Positions 20,105 to 30,008 of a stretch of 64,000 nucleotides of DNA are shown one piece after another. The notes below the pieces were generated by a model, which was given only the letters and a program-made list of their open reading frames with translations, was not told where the DNA came from and searched no databases. The translations under genes were made by a program, and so were the position numbers. Every line of letters begins with the position of its first letter. Position 1 is the stretch's first letter. This stretch comes from Candidatus Latescibacterota bacterium (lineage in GTDB: Bacteria; Latescibacterota; UBA2968): positions 448,001 to 512,000 of the forward strand of contig OZ242010.1 of NCBI GenBank assembly GCA_965204745.1, read 5' to 3'.

Positions 20105-21766
20105 TCAGCGATTCGCGCGGGTGGGCCGTTCAGGTGGCGTCGATGGCTTTTGCCCCTTCATAGCCGCGGCTGTTTTGAGCACATGGCGTTGCAGGCCGGG
20201 AATGTGGATCTCTTTGAGGTAACGGGGCCAATCGATGCGCGAGACATCGCAGTTGAAAATTTCTTGGTCCTCTGCGTCCATGTCGTTGAACAGGCGGGTC
20301 ATATTCTCGTTTTGAAACACGCAATCGAGAGACATATAAGACGTGTAAATGTCGGTGAGGGACAGGGTATTTTCCAGCGTGGCGTTCAGGATGGACAGGT
20401 GGCGTTTCTTTTTGGAAACGTCGATGAGCGGCACGCGGTCGAGTGCCCACTGCGCCATCTTGATGGGCAACTGATAGCGGTAGCGCAACTTGCGGCGGAA
20501 CTGCGGCAGGGTGGGATAGGTCCACGGCGCCACCGCGATGGGGTTGCCCTGCCGGTCACGCATGGGATTTTCCACAAAATACTCGTGGACATACTGGACG
20601 ACCTCGCCCAAGGTCACGGGATTGCGCGCGCCTGTGGTGACGTGATAAACCCGCAACTCGGATGATGCTTTGACCGCGGGCAAAACCCCGATGATCGCGT
20701 TGATGATGATATCCACGGGGATAATGTCTAAAATCGTTTCTGGGCGCGCCGGGAAATCCGTCAACCGCCCCTTGCCGTAGTGGACGATGATCGGATCCGC
20801 CACCTTGAGGCCCTCCAGCCAGCCGGGCTCGGGGTCGGACAAACTGCTTTCGATAATCGACGGGCGGACGATCACAGTCGGCAACTTGCCCCGCATTTTG
20901 GCGATTATCTGCTCGCCCATGGCTTTGGTAAAAGAATAACTGTCGTGCCAGCCCAATTCGCGGCCGCGCTGCATGCCCCGCGCCACCATGTGGTCGCGCA
21001 CCCAGCGTTGGCGCAGGGCCTCGAGTTGGTGTTCGCGCCTGTGGGCGGTCACGCGCTTGCCCCGGTCCTGTTTGTCGAGCAAGCGCGTAAATTCGGCGAA
21101 CCGCTCGGGCCGCCGAGACGCGGCCTCGGTCTCTTGGCTATACGCCAAAATGCTTTCGATCTCCGCATCCAACTCGTAGTTGAGCGCACGCCCATCGCCC
21201 ATCAGGTGCGCCACGGTTTGATCGGGTATGGGCGCGTCTTCGGAAATGATCCCCTTTTGCCTGCCGTTGACGTAGGCGGTCGAAACGTGGACGAGCACCG
21301 CGTCGCTGCACGCCTTGGCAAACTCGACGATCCGCATCGCGCCCAGGGTGTTTTGCGTCAGCGCGAAATCCAGCGGCTCGTCGAACACCACTGTGGCCGC
21401 GCTGTTGATCACGATATCGACTTCGCGGGTCAACCGTGCGTATGTTTCCGCGTCCATGCCCAAGCGGTCTTTTGACAAATCGCCCGGCACAGCCACGAGT
21501 TTTTCGCGCATCACCGCGTTGAACCGATCCCCGAGTTCGGCGCGCAATCGCGCAAACGCATTGGATTGCAACACCTCGCGGTCGAGGCGATCCGCCACGC
21601 TGATCGGCTTGCCCGCCCCTCGGCTTCGCGGGCGCACCATCAGATAGACGCGCCCCACATCCGGCGCGTGGCGGAGAATTTTTTCCACCGTGCCCTTGCC
21701 CAAAAAACCCGTTGCACCCGTGACGAACAGCACCTTGCGGCTCAAAAATGGAATGACGACGCTCAT
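20105..21766 (-). CDS. Fatty acyl-CoA reductase (alcohol-forming FAR; NAD_binding_4 + Sterile domain)
   Basis: VTGATGFLGK, SAATVVFDEPL, HVSTAYV, YSFTKAMGE, IVRPSII, IDWPRYL. Confidence 0.9.
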   Translation of the reverse strand: MSVVIPFLSRKVLFVTGATGFLGKGTVEKILRHAPDVGRVYLMVRPRSRGAGKPISVADRLDREVLQSNAFARLRAELGDRFNAVMREKLVAVPGDLSKDRLGMDAETYARLTREVDIVINSAATVVFDEPLDFALTQNTLGAMRIVEFAKACSDAVLVHVSTAYVNGRQKGIISEDAPIPDQTVAHLMGDGRALNYELDAEIESILAYSQETEAASRRPERFAEFTRLLDKQDRGKRVTAHRREHQLEALRQRWVRDHMVARGMQRGRELGWHDSYSFTKAMGEQIIAKMRGKLPTVIVRPSIIESSLSDPEPGWLEGLKVADPIIVHYGKGRLTDFPARPETILDIIPVDIIINAIIGVLPAVKASSELRVYHVTTGARNPVTLGEVVQYVHEYFVENPMRDRQGNPIAVAPWTYPTLPQFRRKLRYRYQLPIKMAQWALDRVPLIDVSKKKRHLSILNATLENTLSLTDIYTSYMSLDCVFQNENMTRLFNDMDAEDQEIFNCDVSRIDWPRYLKEIHIPGLQRHVLKTAAAMKGQKPSTPPERPTRANR

Positions 21767-21901
21767 AAAAAACTCCGGCAATGGGGGGAATGGAGAACGA
21801 AAAACCGCGTCCAAAAGCGACTCAATAAAAGGCGTCTATCGGGCATGTGTCAACCCCTTTCTCGCACGGGGATAAGGAGCAAACCCTTGCCAAAAATGGG
21901 G

Positions 21902-21930
21902 TTGACAAAAAAAAGAGCAACTCCTATCTT
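21902..21930 (+). promoter_or_regulatory. Sigma70-type promoter for ndk
   Basis: TTGACA-17 bp-TATCTT. Confidence 0.6.
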
Positions 21931-21981
21931 GTCCACTTCCAAGCGCGATACGCGCCGTATTTTCACGCGGATATAACGACT

Positions 21982-22392
21982 ATGGAACGCACCCTGCTCA
22001 TCGTCAAACCAGACGCGGTTGCAAAAAACGCCATCGGCGAAATCATCCGCCGATTGGAAGCCGAGAACTTTCGGATTGCCGAACTAAAAATGCTCCGCCT
22101 CACGCGAGACCAAGCCGCCGAGTTTTACGCGGTGCATCGCCACCGGCCCTTTTACGACGCCCTGCTCGATTTTATGACCTCCGGCCCTTGCGTGCCCATG
22201 GCCCTCGACCGCGAAAACGCCGTCTCATTCTTGCGCGAAACCATCGGCAGCACCGATCCCGCCGAAGCCGCCGAAGGCACGATCCGCAAAGACTTCGCCA
22301 CCGACATCCAAAACAACGCGGTCCACGCCTCGGACTCACTGGAAAACGCGGCTAGGGAAGTGGCGTTCTTTTTCGATAAATGTGAGGATTGA
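21982..22392 (+). CDS. ndk: Nucleoside diphosphate kinase
   Basis: MERTLLIVKPDAV...NAVHASDS. Confidence 0.97.
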   Translation: MERTLLIVKPDAVAKNAIGEIIRRLEAENFRIAELKMLRLTRDQAAEFYAVHRHRPFYDALLDFMTSGPCVPMALDRENAVSFLRETIGSTDPAEAAEGTIRKDFATDIQNNAVHASDSLENAAREVAFFFDKCED

Positions 22393-22422
22393 CACCCTGT
22401 TCTTTTTTTTTGGAGAATTAAA

Positions 22423-24432
22423 ATGGCAATGACAACACAGAGCAAAACCTACCTCGACCGAGCTATCGCCGAGGGCCATGCCAAAATCACCGGCGAGGGT
22501 CGCGATGAGCGCGTTCACTATATCGACGCCGACCACTCCGAACGTTGGGCCGACCCAGAGGAGAAAGTCCGCGCCGAGTTGTGGGCGGAACTTATCTGCA
22601 AATACAAATACCCGCCGGAGTGCATCGGCTTTGAGGTCAGCGTTCCAAGACGGACGCCAAATGACCGTGCGGACCTGGTCATTTTCTCTGATAAAGAATT
22701 GAAAGAGCCTTATTTTGTTATCGAATGCAAACGTCCCGACCTGTCCGATGCTGCCTTTGATCAGGCCATTGAACAAGCCTGCGGCAACCGCGCTAGCTTG
22801 GGCGCGAATTACTGCGGTGCAATCGCCGGGCGAACCCGCCGCTTCTTGCGCTTCGACAAATTCCCATCCTTAGAGCGCGAACGCAACCATCTCTCCGACA
22901 TTCCCACGCGCTACGGCCAGCCACCTGTATGGCGTTTCCTGAAAAATCATCCGGAGAGGGACTTGACCGCTGTTCCCCGCGAAGAACTGCGTGCCGCCAT
23001 TCGCAAGTGCCATCAAACCCTTTGGGAAGGCGGACGCCGCAGTCCCATCGCAGCGTTTGGCGAATTTTCCAAACTGGTCTTTATCAAACACCGAGATGAG
23101 AAAAACTTGGATAGGGCAGACGGTCAACCTTACGCCTTCCAGCGTCGCGATGGCGAAACCGCCGAGGAACTCGCCTCGCGCATCGACCAACTCTACGACG
23201 CCGAGCAACGAAATGAACCGGATGTGTTCATTGATCGCATCGACATTGACCCTCCTATCATGGCGCAATGCGTGGAACACTTGGAGGACATTTCCCTTGA
23301 CCGCACGGAACTGGACACCAAAGGCGTCGCGTTTGAAGAATTTATGGGTAGCTTTTTCAAAGGCGATTTCGGGCAGTATTTCACGCCCCGCGAGTTGATT
23401 GCCTTCGCCGTTGCCGTGCTCGACCCAGAACGGACCGACATCATCCTCGATCCCGCCTGCGGTTCTGGCGGCTTCCTGCTCTACGCGCTCGACCATGTGC
23501 GCCGCAAAGCCGATGAGGTGCAAACGCCCGGTACGATCTCGCATTTTACCTACTGGCACGATTTTGCCGAAAAGAACCTGTTTGGGCTTGAAGTGAACGA
23601 CGAACTTGCCCGCGTCGCCAAGATGAACATGATCATCCACGACGATGGACATACCAATATTGTCGGTCACGACGCGCTGGACTTCCCAAAAAAAATTCAG
23701 GCAAAAAACAACGACCTTGCTGAGGGCAAGTTCAACCTCATTCTCACCAACCCACCTTTTGGCTCGATCATCAGACGTACGGAAAAAGGGGAAGGGTATC
23801 TGGATCAGTTCGAGCTACAGCAATACCTCGGCAAAAATTATCCCGATTCCACCAAAACAACCGGGAATGGGGCAAAAAGCGGCATCAAAGCTGTGAAAGC
23901 ACGCGCCAGTATCAAGACGGAAATTCTATTCTTGGAGCGTATCCACACTTTTCTCAAGCCCGGTGGTCGCGCCGCTGTGGTTTTGCCAGATGGCATTCTC
24001 ACCAACTCCTCGTTGCAAGGCGTGCGCCATTGGCTACTCAACCACTTTCAACTGCTGGCGGTAGTCAGCCTGCCACAATTCGCCTTTCAGCACTACGACG
24101 CGGGCGTGAAGGCGAGTATTGTCTTTCTCCGCCGCTTGGCTGATAACGAGACCGCCCCCGACGAACCTATCTTTATGGCTCTGGCTGAGAACATTGGATA
24201 CGACGCTACCGGACGCAAAACCTTCGATGTAACGGTTGAGGAGCAAACTTCCAGAAAAGAGAAGGTTGAACGACACAGTTGCGATCTGTTTGACTACCGC
24301 GTCACCTACGAGTGGCGGCGCACCGGTTCCGGCGAAGGCGACTGGAGCGAACGACATCGAGAAATTATCCCCGATACCGGCTTGGTCGCCCAATGGCAAG
24401 CCTTTCAGCGGGATCCCACTTCTTTTTTTTGA
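22423..24432 (+). CDS. Fused restriction endonuclease (HSDR_N-like PD-(D/E)xK) + N6-adenine methyltransferase (type IIG/IIB-like)
   Basis: PEEKVR, RADLVIF...IECK; GQYFTPR, DPACGSGGF, TNPPF. Confidence 0.88.
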   Translation: MAMTTQSKTYLDRAIAEGHAKITGEGRDERVHYIDADHSERWADPEEKVRAELWAELICKYKYPPECIGFEVSVPRRTPNDRADLVIFSDKELKEPYFVIECKRPDLSDAAFDQAIEQACGNRASLGANYCGAIAGRTRRFLRFDKFPSLERERNHLSDIPTRYGQPPVWRFLKNHPERDLTAVPREELRAAIRKCHQTLWEGGRRSPIAAFGEFSKLVFIKHRDEKNLDRADGQPYAFQRRDGETAEELASRIDQLYDAEQRNEPDVFIDRIDIDPPIMAQCVEHLEDISLDRTELDTKGVAFEEFMGSFFKGDFGQYFTPRELIAFAVAVLDPERTDIILDPACGSGGFLLYALDHVRRKADEVQTPGTISHFTYWHDFAEKNLFGLEVNDELARVAKMNMIIHDDGHTNIVGHDALDFPKKIQAKNNDLAEGKFNLILTNPPFGSIIRRTEKGEGYLDQFELQQYLGKNYPDSTKTTGNGAKSGIKAVKARASIKTEILFLERIHTFLKPGGRAAVVLPDGILTNSSLQGVRHWLLNHFQLLAVVSLPQFAFQHYDAGVKASIVFLRRLADNETAPDEPIFMALAENIGYDATGRKTFDVTVEEQTSRKEKVERHSCDLFDYRVTYEWRRTGSGEGDWSERHREIIPDTGLVAQWQAFQRDPTSFF

Positions 24433-25814
24433 AAAGCCCCGCTGAACTTGGCAAGGCGCAATGCTTTGCAGTAAAGCGGGGCGAAACAGCCGATAGGCTT
24501 GATGCAAAGTTTCATGCTTTGCATGAAATTCTCAGTTCTCCTTTTCCATTGGTAGAGTTTGGGAGATTGGTATGTGCGGAGCCGGATTACGGTTTGAGTT
24601 CAAGAGCGGTGCCAAGGACATCAAATAAACAACCCCGGTATATTCGAATTACCGATTTTGGAGAGGACGGCATTGAACCTGATCACAAATTTGTGACCGC
24701 CGACCCCATTGTAGCGGGTTACAAACTCAATCGCGGTGACATTATTTTTTCCCGCACTGGTAGCGTTGGAAAGACCTACTTGCACGAAGATGTTAGCGAA
24801 CCTGCTGTTTTCGCTGGATATTGTATCCGATTTAAATTTCATATTTCAAAAGTGTTGCCGAAATTCGTTTATTGGTGGACGAAGACCCAAGCGTATGAAA
24901 GGTGGGTTACAGCCATTCACCGGCCTTCGGTACAGTCGAACATCAACAAGGCAGAATTCAAATCCTGTCAGATTCCACTACCTAAAGTTGAAGTTCAGAG
25001 CAAACTCGTGACGAAAATGAACGCGGCACGGGCAGAGCGAAGGGCAAAATTAGCGGAGGCCGATGCACTGCTGGCCGGGATTGACGATTTCCTGCTTGAT
25101 ACGCTGAACATTACGCCGCCACCTGAAGATCATCGTCGCGTGTTTGCTGTTCGTAGTCAAGTCGCCCGTAAGCGTTTCGACCCTTACTTTCATTCGCCTA
25201 ATTTTGCGCGAATGAAAAAAATGCTTTCACAGACACGGTGCAAACCATTGGGAGATATAGCGGCATTATCAAAAGAAACTTGGAGTCCTCGAGATCGCGA
25301 TCAGTTGACATTCCGGTATATTGAAATCAGCACAGTCAGTCCGCAGACAGGCGAAGCTCATTGGAACGATGTTTTAACGTCAGAAGCCCCAAGCCGAGCG
25401 CGAATGAAGGTTAAAGCAAACGACATCATCGTTAGCTTGACTCGCCCCCATCACGGTTCTATTGCTTACCTTGGTTCGGAGTTTGAAGGCTGTATCGCAT
25501 CCACGGGATTTGCCGTAATTCGCAATGTAGCAGAACACGTCCGACGCGATTACCTATGGTGCGTCTTGAGAGCGCAGTTTTGCCTTGATCAGATGCTCCA
25601 GCGGACAAGCGGCGGCAATTATCCCGCCATTATCCAATCAGAACTATTGAAAATCCTCGTACCCGTACCCGGCGAGAAAACTCAGAATCGTATCGCCTCC
25701 GAAGTTCGCTATCGCCGCGAAAATGCCCGTCGCCTGCGCGACGAGGCCGAAAACGGTTGGCAAGCGGCCAAGCGTTGGTTTGAGGAACAGTTGTTGGGGA
25801 GTACCACGCCATGA
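24429..25814 (+). CDS. R-M specificity (S) subunit
   Basis: Two TRD-like halves (YIRITDF...SRTGSVGK; ASTGFAVIR...GGNYPAI). The start is a TTG overlapping the upstream TGA, or the frame is reached by a -1 shift. Confidence 0.8.
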   Translation: MKSPAELGKAQCFAVKRGETADRLDAKFHALHEILSSPFPLVEFGRLVCAEPDYGLSSRAVPRTSNKQPRYIRITDFGEDGIEPDHKFVTADPIVAGYKLNRGDIIFSRTGSVGKTYLHEDVSEPAVFAGYCIRFKFHISKVLPKFVYWWTKTQAYERWVTAIHRPSVQSNINKAEFKSCQIPLPKVEVQSKLVTKMNAARAERRAKLAEADALLAGIDDFLLDTLNITPPPEDHRRVFAVRSQVARKRFDPYFHSPNFARMKKMLSQTRCKPLGDIAALSKETWSPRDRDQLTFRYIEISTVSPQTGEAHWNDVLTSEAPSRARMKVKANDIIVSLTRPHHGSIAYLGSEFEGCIASTGFAVIRNVAEHVRRDYLWCVLRAQFCLDQMLQRTSGGNYPAIIQSELLKILVPVPGEKTQNRIASEVRYRRENARRLRDEAENGWQAAKRWFEEQLLGSTTP

Positions 25815-26088
25815 GTTTTGAATTTCTCCTCACTTGTAGGGTAACGCCAGAGGCCGATATAAAGGAGGTACTAACCGATTCCCTTGCCGGTGCCTTAGAT
25901 GACCGAGATGAGTTTGACCAGGAAGTAATAAATGACCTGATACAACTGCGGCACGAGCGAATTAGAGACACTTCTCAACATAGAATAATCGGCTTCTCTG
26001 TTGAACTACCAGAAGACATTGAACCCGCTGAAACTATAATTGAAGACTTCATTGAGAATCTGTGCGACTCTGGTCATGGGTTTCACAT

Positions 26089-27273
26089 GGCGTTGTTGCA
26101 TAAATGTTGTCGTGGCTAAGTTCGTCCCTTTCCCGCGAAATTTAAGCCCTTCTTTCTATGGGATAGGACACGGGTTTCGCGATCCTCATCATGCGATTGA
26201 GCACCGCACATCCCAACCGTGCTTCCGTTTCTTGGTTCTTCTTTTTTCGTGCGCGCAACTGCCGCCCAATGAGTTGTTTGTAGCGGCCTATGTGGGTTTC
26301 AACGACCGAGCGACGATGATAGCCACTGGTGCGTTTCCACTGTCGGCGGCCTTGACGCCGGATGGCTCGGATGATTTCATCGCGGGCGAGGGGGGGTGCC
26401 TTCCTGTTTCCGTGTTGTTCAATTTTGGCATCATGGCGCGGGGGAATCAGAGGTCGGATGGGGGCTCCTTGTTTGGGGGCGGCGCATGTGTTGAAGACCT
26501 TGCGTTTGTCATAGCCGCCATCGGCGCCCAGCGTATGGACAGGGGCCGGGACTTGATCGAGCAAGGGGTTGACCTGCGAAGCGTCATCAACGCTTGCCGA
26601 GGTCAGGGTCTGTGCGACAATCTCCCCGGTGGCCTCATCGACGCCGATGTGCAATTTGCGCCAAGTCCGGCGCTTGCAAAAGCCGTGTTGACGCACCTTC
26701 CATTCGCCTTCGCCATACACTTTCAGGCCGGTAGAATCCACCACCAAGTGGATCGGCTCGTGACGGGATTGGACAGGTAAATCCACGTTCAAATCGCCCT
26801 GTCGCCGGCAGAGGGTCGTGTGATCGGGCACACGCAAATCCACCCCCATCAATGCCAGGATGGACTTGAGAAACCCCTCGGTTTGACGCAGGGGCAAGGC
26901 ATAGACCAAGCGCACCATCAATGCCGTTTGAATAGCCAAATCTGAAAAGGTGTTTTGCCGCCCCCGTTGCGTTGGCCCTTGATGGTACCAGTTCCGAAGG
27001 GCTTGCGGCGTGATCCAAAACGTCAGACTGCCCCGCTGCTTGAGACCGGCCTCGTAGGCCGCCCAGTTCCTAACCCGATAGACAGGCGCACAGCGCGGGC
27101 GACGCGGGCGACGCGGGGACTTGACGGCGGGTTTGGAAGCGGTTATCTTGGGCATGACAGGTTCCTGGTGAGAAAGGGTGAGTTGTTTTGGTGATCTATA
27201 TGCCCAATCTACGAAGGAGCCTGTCTTTTTGCAATCCCAACTTGCAGGAAATTGCTATTTATGCAACAACGCC
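26089..27273 (-). mobile_element. IS5-family (IS903 group) insertion sequence
   Basis: Perfect 17-bp terminal IRs GGCGTTGTTGCATAAAT / ATTTATGCAACAACGCC; 9-bp target duplication GTTTCACAT (26080..26088 and 27274..27282). Confidence 0.95.
26142..27155 (-). CDS. IS5-family DDE transposase
   Basis: NWAAYEAGLKQRGSL, VDSTGLKVYGEGEW, WRKLH, ADGGYD, YHRRSVVET. Confidence 0.95.
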   Translation of the reverse strand: MPKITASKPAVKSPRRPRRPRCAPVYRVRNWAAYEAGLKQRGSLTFWITPQALRNWYHQGPTQRGRQNTFSDLAIQTALMVRLVYALPLRQTEGFLKSILALMGVDLRVPDHTTLCRRQGDLNVDLPVQSRHEPIHLVVDSTGLKVYGEGEWKVRQHGFCKRRTWRKLHIGVDEATGEIVAQTLTSASVDDASQVNPLLDQVPAPVHTLGADGGYDKRKVFNTCAAPKQGAPIRPLIPPRHDAKIEQHGNRKAPPLARDEIIRAIRRQGRRQWKRTSGYHRRSVVETHIGRYKQLIGRQLRARKKKNQETEARLGCAVLNRMMRIAKPVSYPIERRA

Positions 27274-27981
27274 GTTTCACATAGTAAAATTCGAAGATCC
27301 GTTACTCAAGACCAAGCTGGCCGAGCGTGCCAAAGAAATCTTTGATCTGGAAATGAAGTTGCGCCGTGTATTGTCGATTATCTATTTACATGCTTACCAA
27401 AGTGAAGAGCCATATAACCTGCTACGAGATGAGACAACCAAGACAAGAACCCAAGGCTTGAAACCTCAACAGATGAAATCAGCAACTGAGAATCAGTTCT
27501 TTCATGTTACCTTCAGCCAATATATTCAGTTGAACCAGCGTCGAAAATTCAACGTAGATGACATCTTGGAGTTCGTCCGCGATGCTAAGAAATACAACGC
27601 TTTCCGTGTCAAAATTATCCGAGAACCGATTGAAAACACTGAGGATGCCGACTTGCTAGAAGATCTTAAAACAATTATGGATCCCATTGAGCAAATGCGA
27701 AACTGTGTGGCCCATAACCGCCAACCTTCCCAACGATTAACTGGGAACTACATCAATGCGTGTTCGGAATTGAAAGAACGGCTGGATCAATACTTGGAAC
27801 AATGGGAGATCCAGTAGTAATTTTTAGAAGGGCTTTCATCATACGCCCGTGTTTATGGATTGTGCTCGTTGCATTGTTGGGTGGTTGTAGCAACACTGCC
27901 GCCTACAATACCGTCTGACGCCACGGCGCGATATGCGCTTTTGTGGTTGGGGACTGACAACTGACAACTGACAACTGCCTC

Positions 27982-28488
27982 ATGAAAATCGACCTCAGAG
28001 ACATACGCGAAGGCGAAACCGAACTTGCGTTTGAAGAAAGGCCCGCGGACTTGCACCTGACCGGTGAAGACGCCCACGTTGAAGGCGCGATCAACACCCG
28101 CCTCGTCGTGTACAAATTTGGCGCGTCCCTCTCGGCCAAGGGGCAAACCACCTGTCTGGCGCGCCCGGAATGCGCCCGTTGTCTGGAACCCATCGCATTT
28201 CCGATTGATGTCTCATACGCATTCGTCTTCCAAAAAGGTCGCCCAGACATGATGGGCGAAGATGACGACGAGACCCTGATCTGGCTCGACGAAGAACCCG
28301 GGGAAATCGACTTGGGCAATGAGATAAAAGACTACATCTTGCTCGAACTGCCCATGATCCCAACGTGCGCGGCATCGCCCTCCGGCCCTTGCGAACGCTA
28401 TGATCGAGACCTCCATGAATTATTGGAACACCAACGCGAAACCGAAATCGACCCGCGCTGGGAAGCCCTGCGCGCACTCAAAGATTGA
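27982..28488 (+). CDS. yceD: YceD/DUF177 family protein
   Basis: ECARCL, LELPM, IDPRWEAL; upstream of rpmF. Confidence 0.88.
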   Translation: MKIDLRDIREGETELAFEERPADLHLTGEDAHVEGAINTRLVVYKFGASLSAKGQTTCLARPECARCLEPIAFPIDVSYAFVFQKGRPDMMGEDDDETLIWLDEEPGEIDLGNEIKDYILLELPMIPTCAASPSGPCERYDRDLHELLEHQRETEIDPRWEALRALKD

Positions 28489-28503
28489 AATGGCGGAGGC
28501 CTT

Positions 28504-28746
28504 ATGCTCAAAAGGTTCACTCTGGATTTTTGGGTCGATGATGGCTGGTATGTTGGGAAACTCCGCGAAGTTCCCGGCGTATTCAGCCAGGGAAAAACCC
28601 TAAAAGAATTAAAAATAAACATCAAAGATGCTTACGATCTTATGATGCGAGAAACGATGCAGGTACCTGTGGAAAAATTCAGTTCCACTGAACTGGAGAT
28701 GGAAATGTGTCGAATTTGCCAACCGCCAACCGCTAACCCCTCATAG
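28504..28746 (+). CDS. HicB-family antitoxin (orphan)
   Basis: DDGWYVGKLREVPGVFSQGKTLKEL...I.DA motif. Confidence 0.8.
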   Translation: MLKRFTLDFWVDDGWYVGKLREVPGVFSQGKTLKELKINIKDAYDLMMRETMQVPVEKFSSTELEMEMCRICQPPTANPS

Positions 28747-28765
28747 CCTTAAAAAAGGAACTCCC

Positions 28766-28948
28766 ATGGCCAATCCCAAACGAAAAAGTTCGCGTTCTCG
28801 CACCGGGAAACGGCGCGCCAACTGGAAGTTGGGTCAACCCACTTTTAACGAGTGCCCCAACTGCGGGCAACAAAAAATACCCCATCGGGTCTGCGCCGAT
28901 TGCGGGTATTACAATGGGCGCGAAGTGATTGAAACCGACGGATTTTAA
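28766..28948 (+). CDS. rpmF: 50S ribosomal protein L32
   Basis: MANPKRKSSRSR...CPNCG...PHRVCADCGYY. Confidence 0.97.
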   Translation: MANPKRKSSRSRTGKRRANWKLGQPTFNECPNCGQQKIPHRVCADCGYYNGREVIETDGF

Positions 28949-29012
28949 TCGCCTCCTGACCGGTGGACGATGCTATCTCGCATCGTCAGTGCAACCCTCT
29001 TCAGAATTGCTT

Positions 29013-30008
29013 ATGGACAAACCATTGACTGCCACCATCACCGGGGTCGGGCACTATGTTCCAGAACGACGCCTGACCAATGCGGACCTCGAAAAAATGG
29101 TCGAGACCTCCGACGAGTGGATCACGTCTCGCACGGGCATCGAAGAACGCCGCATCCTCGGCGAGGGCTTGGGCACGTCTCACATGGCCCTCAAATCCCT
29201 GGAATCCATCTTGCGCGACAAGGGCCTTGACGCGCGCGACATCGACCTGATCATCGTCGCGACCATCACCCCGGACATGTTCTTTCCGTCAACCGCCTGC
29301 TTGGTGCAAAACGAAATCGGCGCCACAAAGGCGTGGGCCTTTGACCTGTCGGCGGCTTGCAGTGGGTTTGTGTACGCGCTGGTGGTGGGGGCGCAATTTA
29401 TTGAAACGGGCGTGCATAAGCGCGTGGCCGTCATCGGCGCCGACAAGATGAGTTGCATCACGGATTATACGGACCGCGAGACCTGCGTGCTCTTTGGCGA
29501 TGGCGCGGGCGCGGTGTTGCTCGAACCGGGCGAACCGAGTTTGGGGCTGAAGGATTTTATCCTCCATGCCGACGGTAGCGGCGTGGCCTATTTGCGGCAG
29601 CCCGCGGGGGGCAGCTTGTACCCGGCGTCTCGAAAAACCGTTGACGAAAAAATGCACTACGTCTATCAGGACGGGCGCGAGGTTTTCAAGTTTGCCGTTT
29701 CCAAAATGGCCGAGGTTTCCGCTCAACTTCTCGAACGCAACGGGCTTGTCGGCAAAGACATCGCGCTTTTCGTGCCGCATCAGGCGAACAAGCGCATCAT
29801 CGACGCCTGTGTCAAACGCACGGATTTGCCCAAAGATCGCGTGGTGCTCAACATCGACCGCTACGCCAACACCTCGGCCGCCACCATTCCCATTGGCCTG
29901 TCCGAAGCCGCGGACCAGGGCAGAATTCATCGCGGCGACCATGTGTTGCTCGCCAGCGCCGGTGCGGGATATACCTGGGGCAGTGCCCTGCTTACATGGG
30001 CTTATTAG
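29013..30008 (+). CDS. fabH: 3-oxoacyl-ACP synthase III
   Basis: AACSGF, LFGDGAGA, PHQAN, NTSAATIP. Confidence 0.95.
   Translation: MDKPLTATITGVGHYVPERRLTNADLEKMVETSDEWITSRTGIEERRILGEGLGTSHMALKSLESILRDKGLDARDIDLIIVATITPDMFFPSTACLVQNEIGATKAWAFDLSAACSGFVYALVVGAQFIETGVHKRVAVIGADKMSCITDYTDRETCVLFGDGAGAVLLEPGEPSLGLKDFILHADGSGVAYLRQPAGGSLYPASRKTVDEKMHYVYQDGREVFKFAVSKMAEVSAQLLERNGLVGKDIALFVPHQANKRIIDACVKRTDLPKDRVVLNIDRYANTSAATIPIGLSEAADQGRIHRGDHVLLASAGAGYTWGSALLTWAY

Larger units (their letters stand above)
25811..27817 (+). pseudogene. HEPN-domain (RxxxxH) protein interrupted by IS
   Basis: Joining 25811..26088 to 27283..27817 restores one 270-aa frame containing FDLEMKLRR and RNCVAH. Confidence 0.75.
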
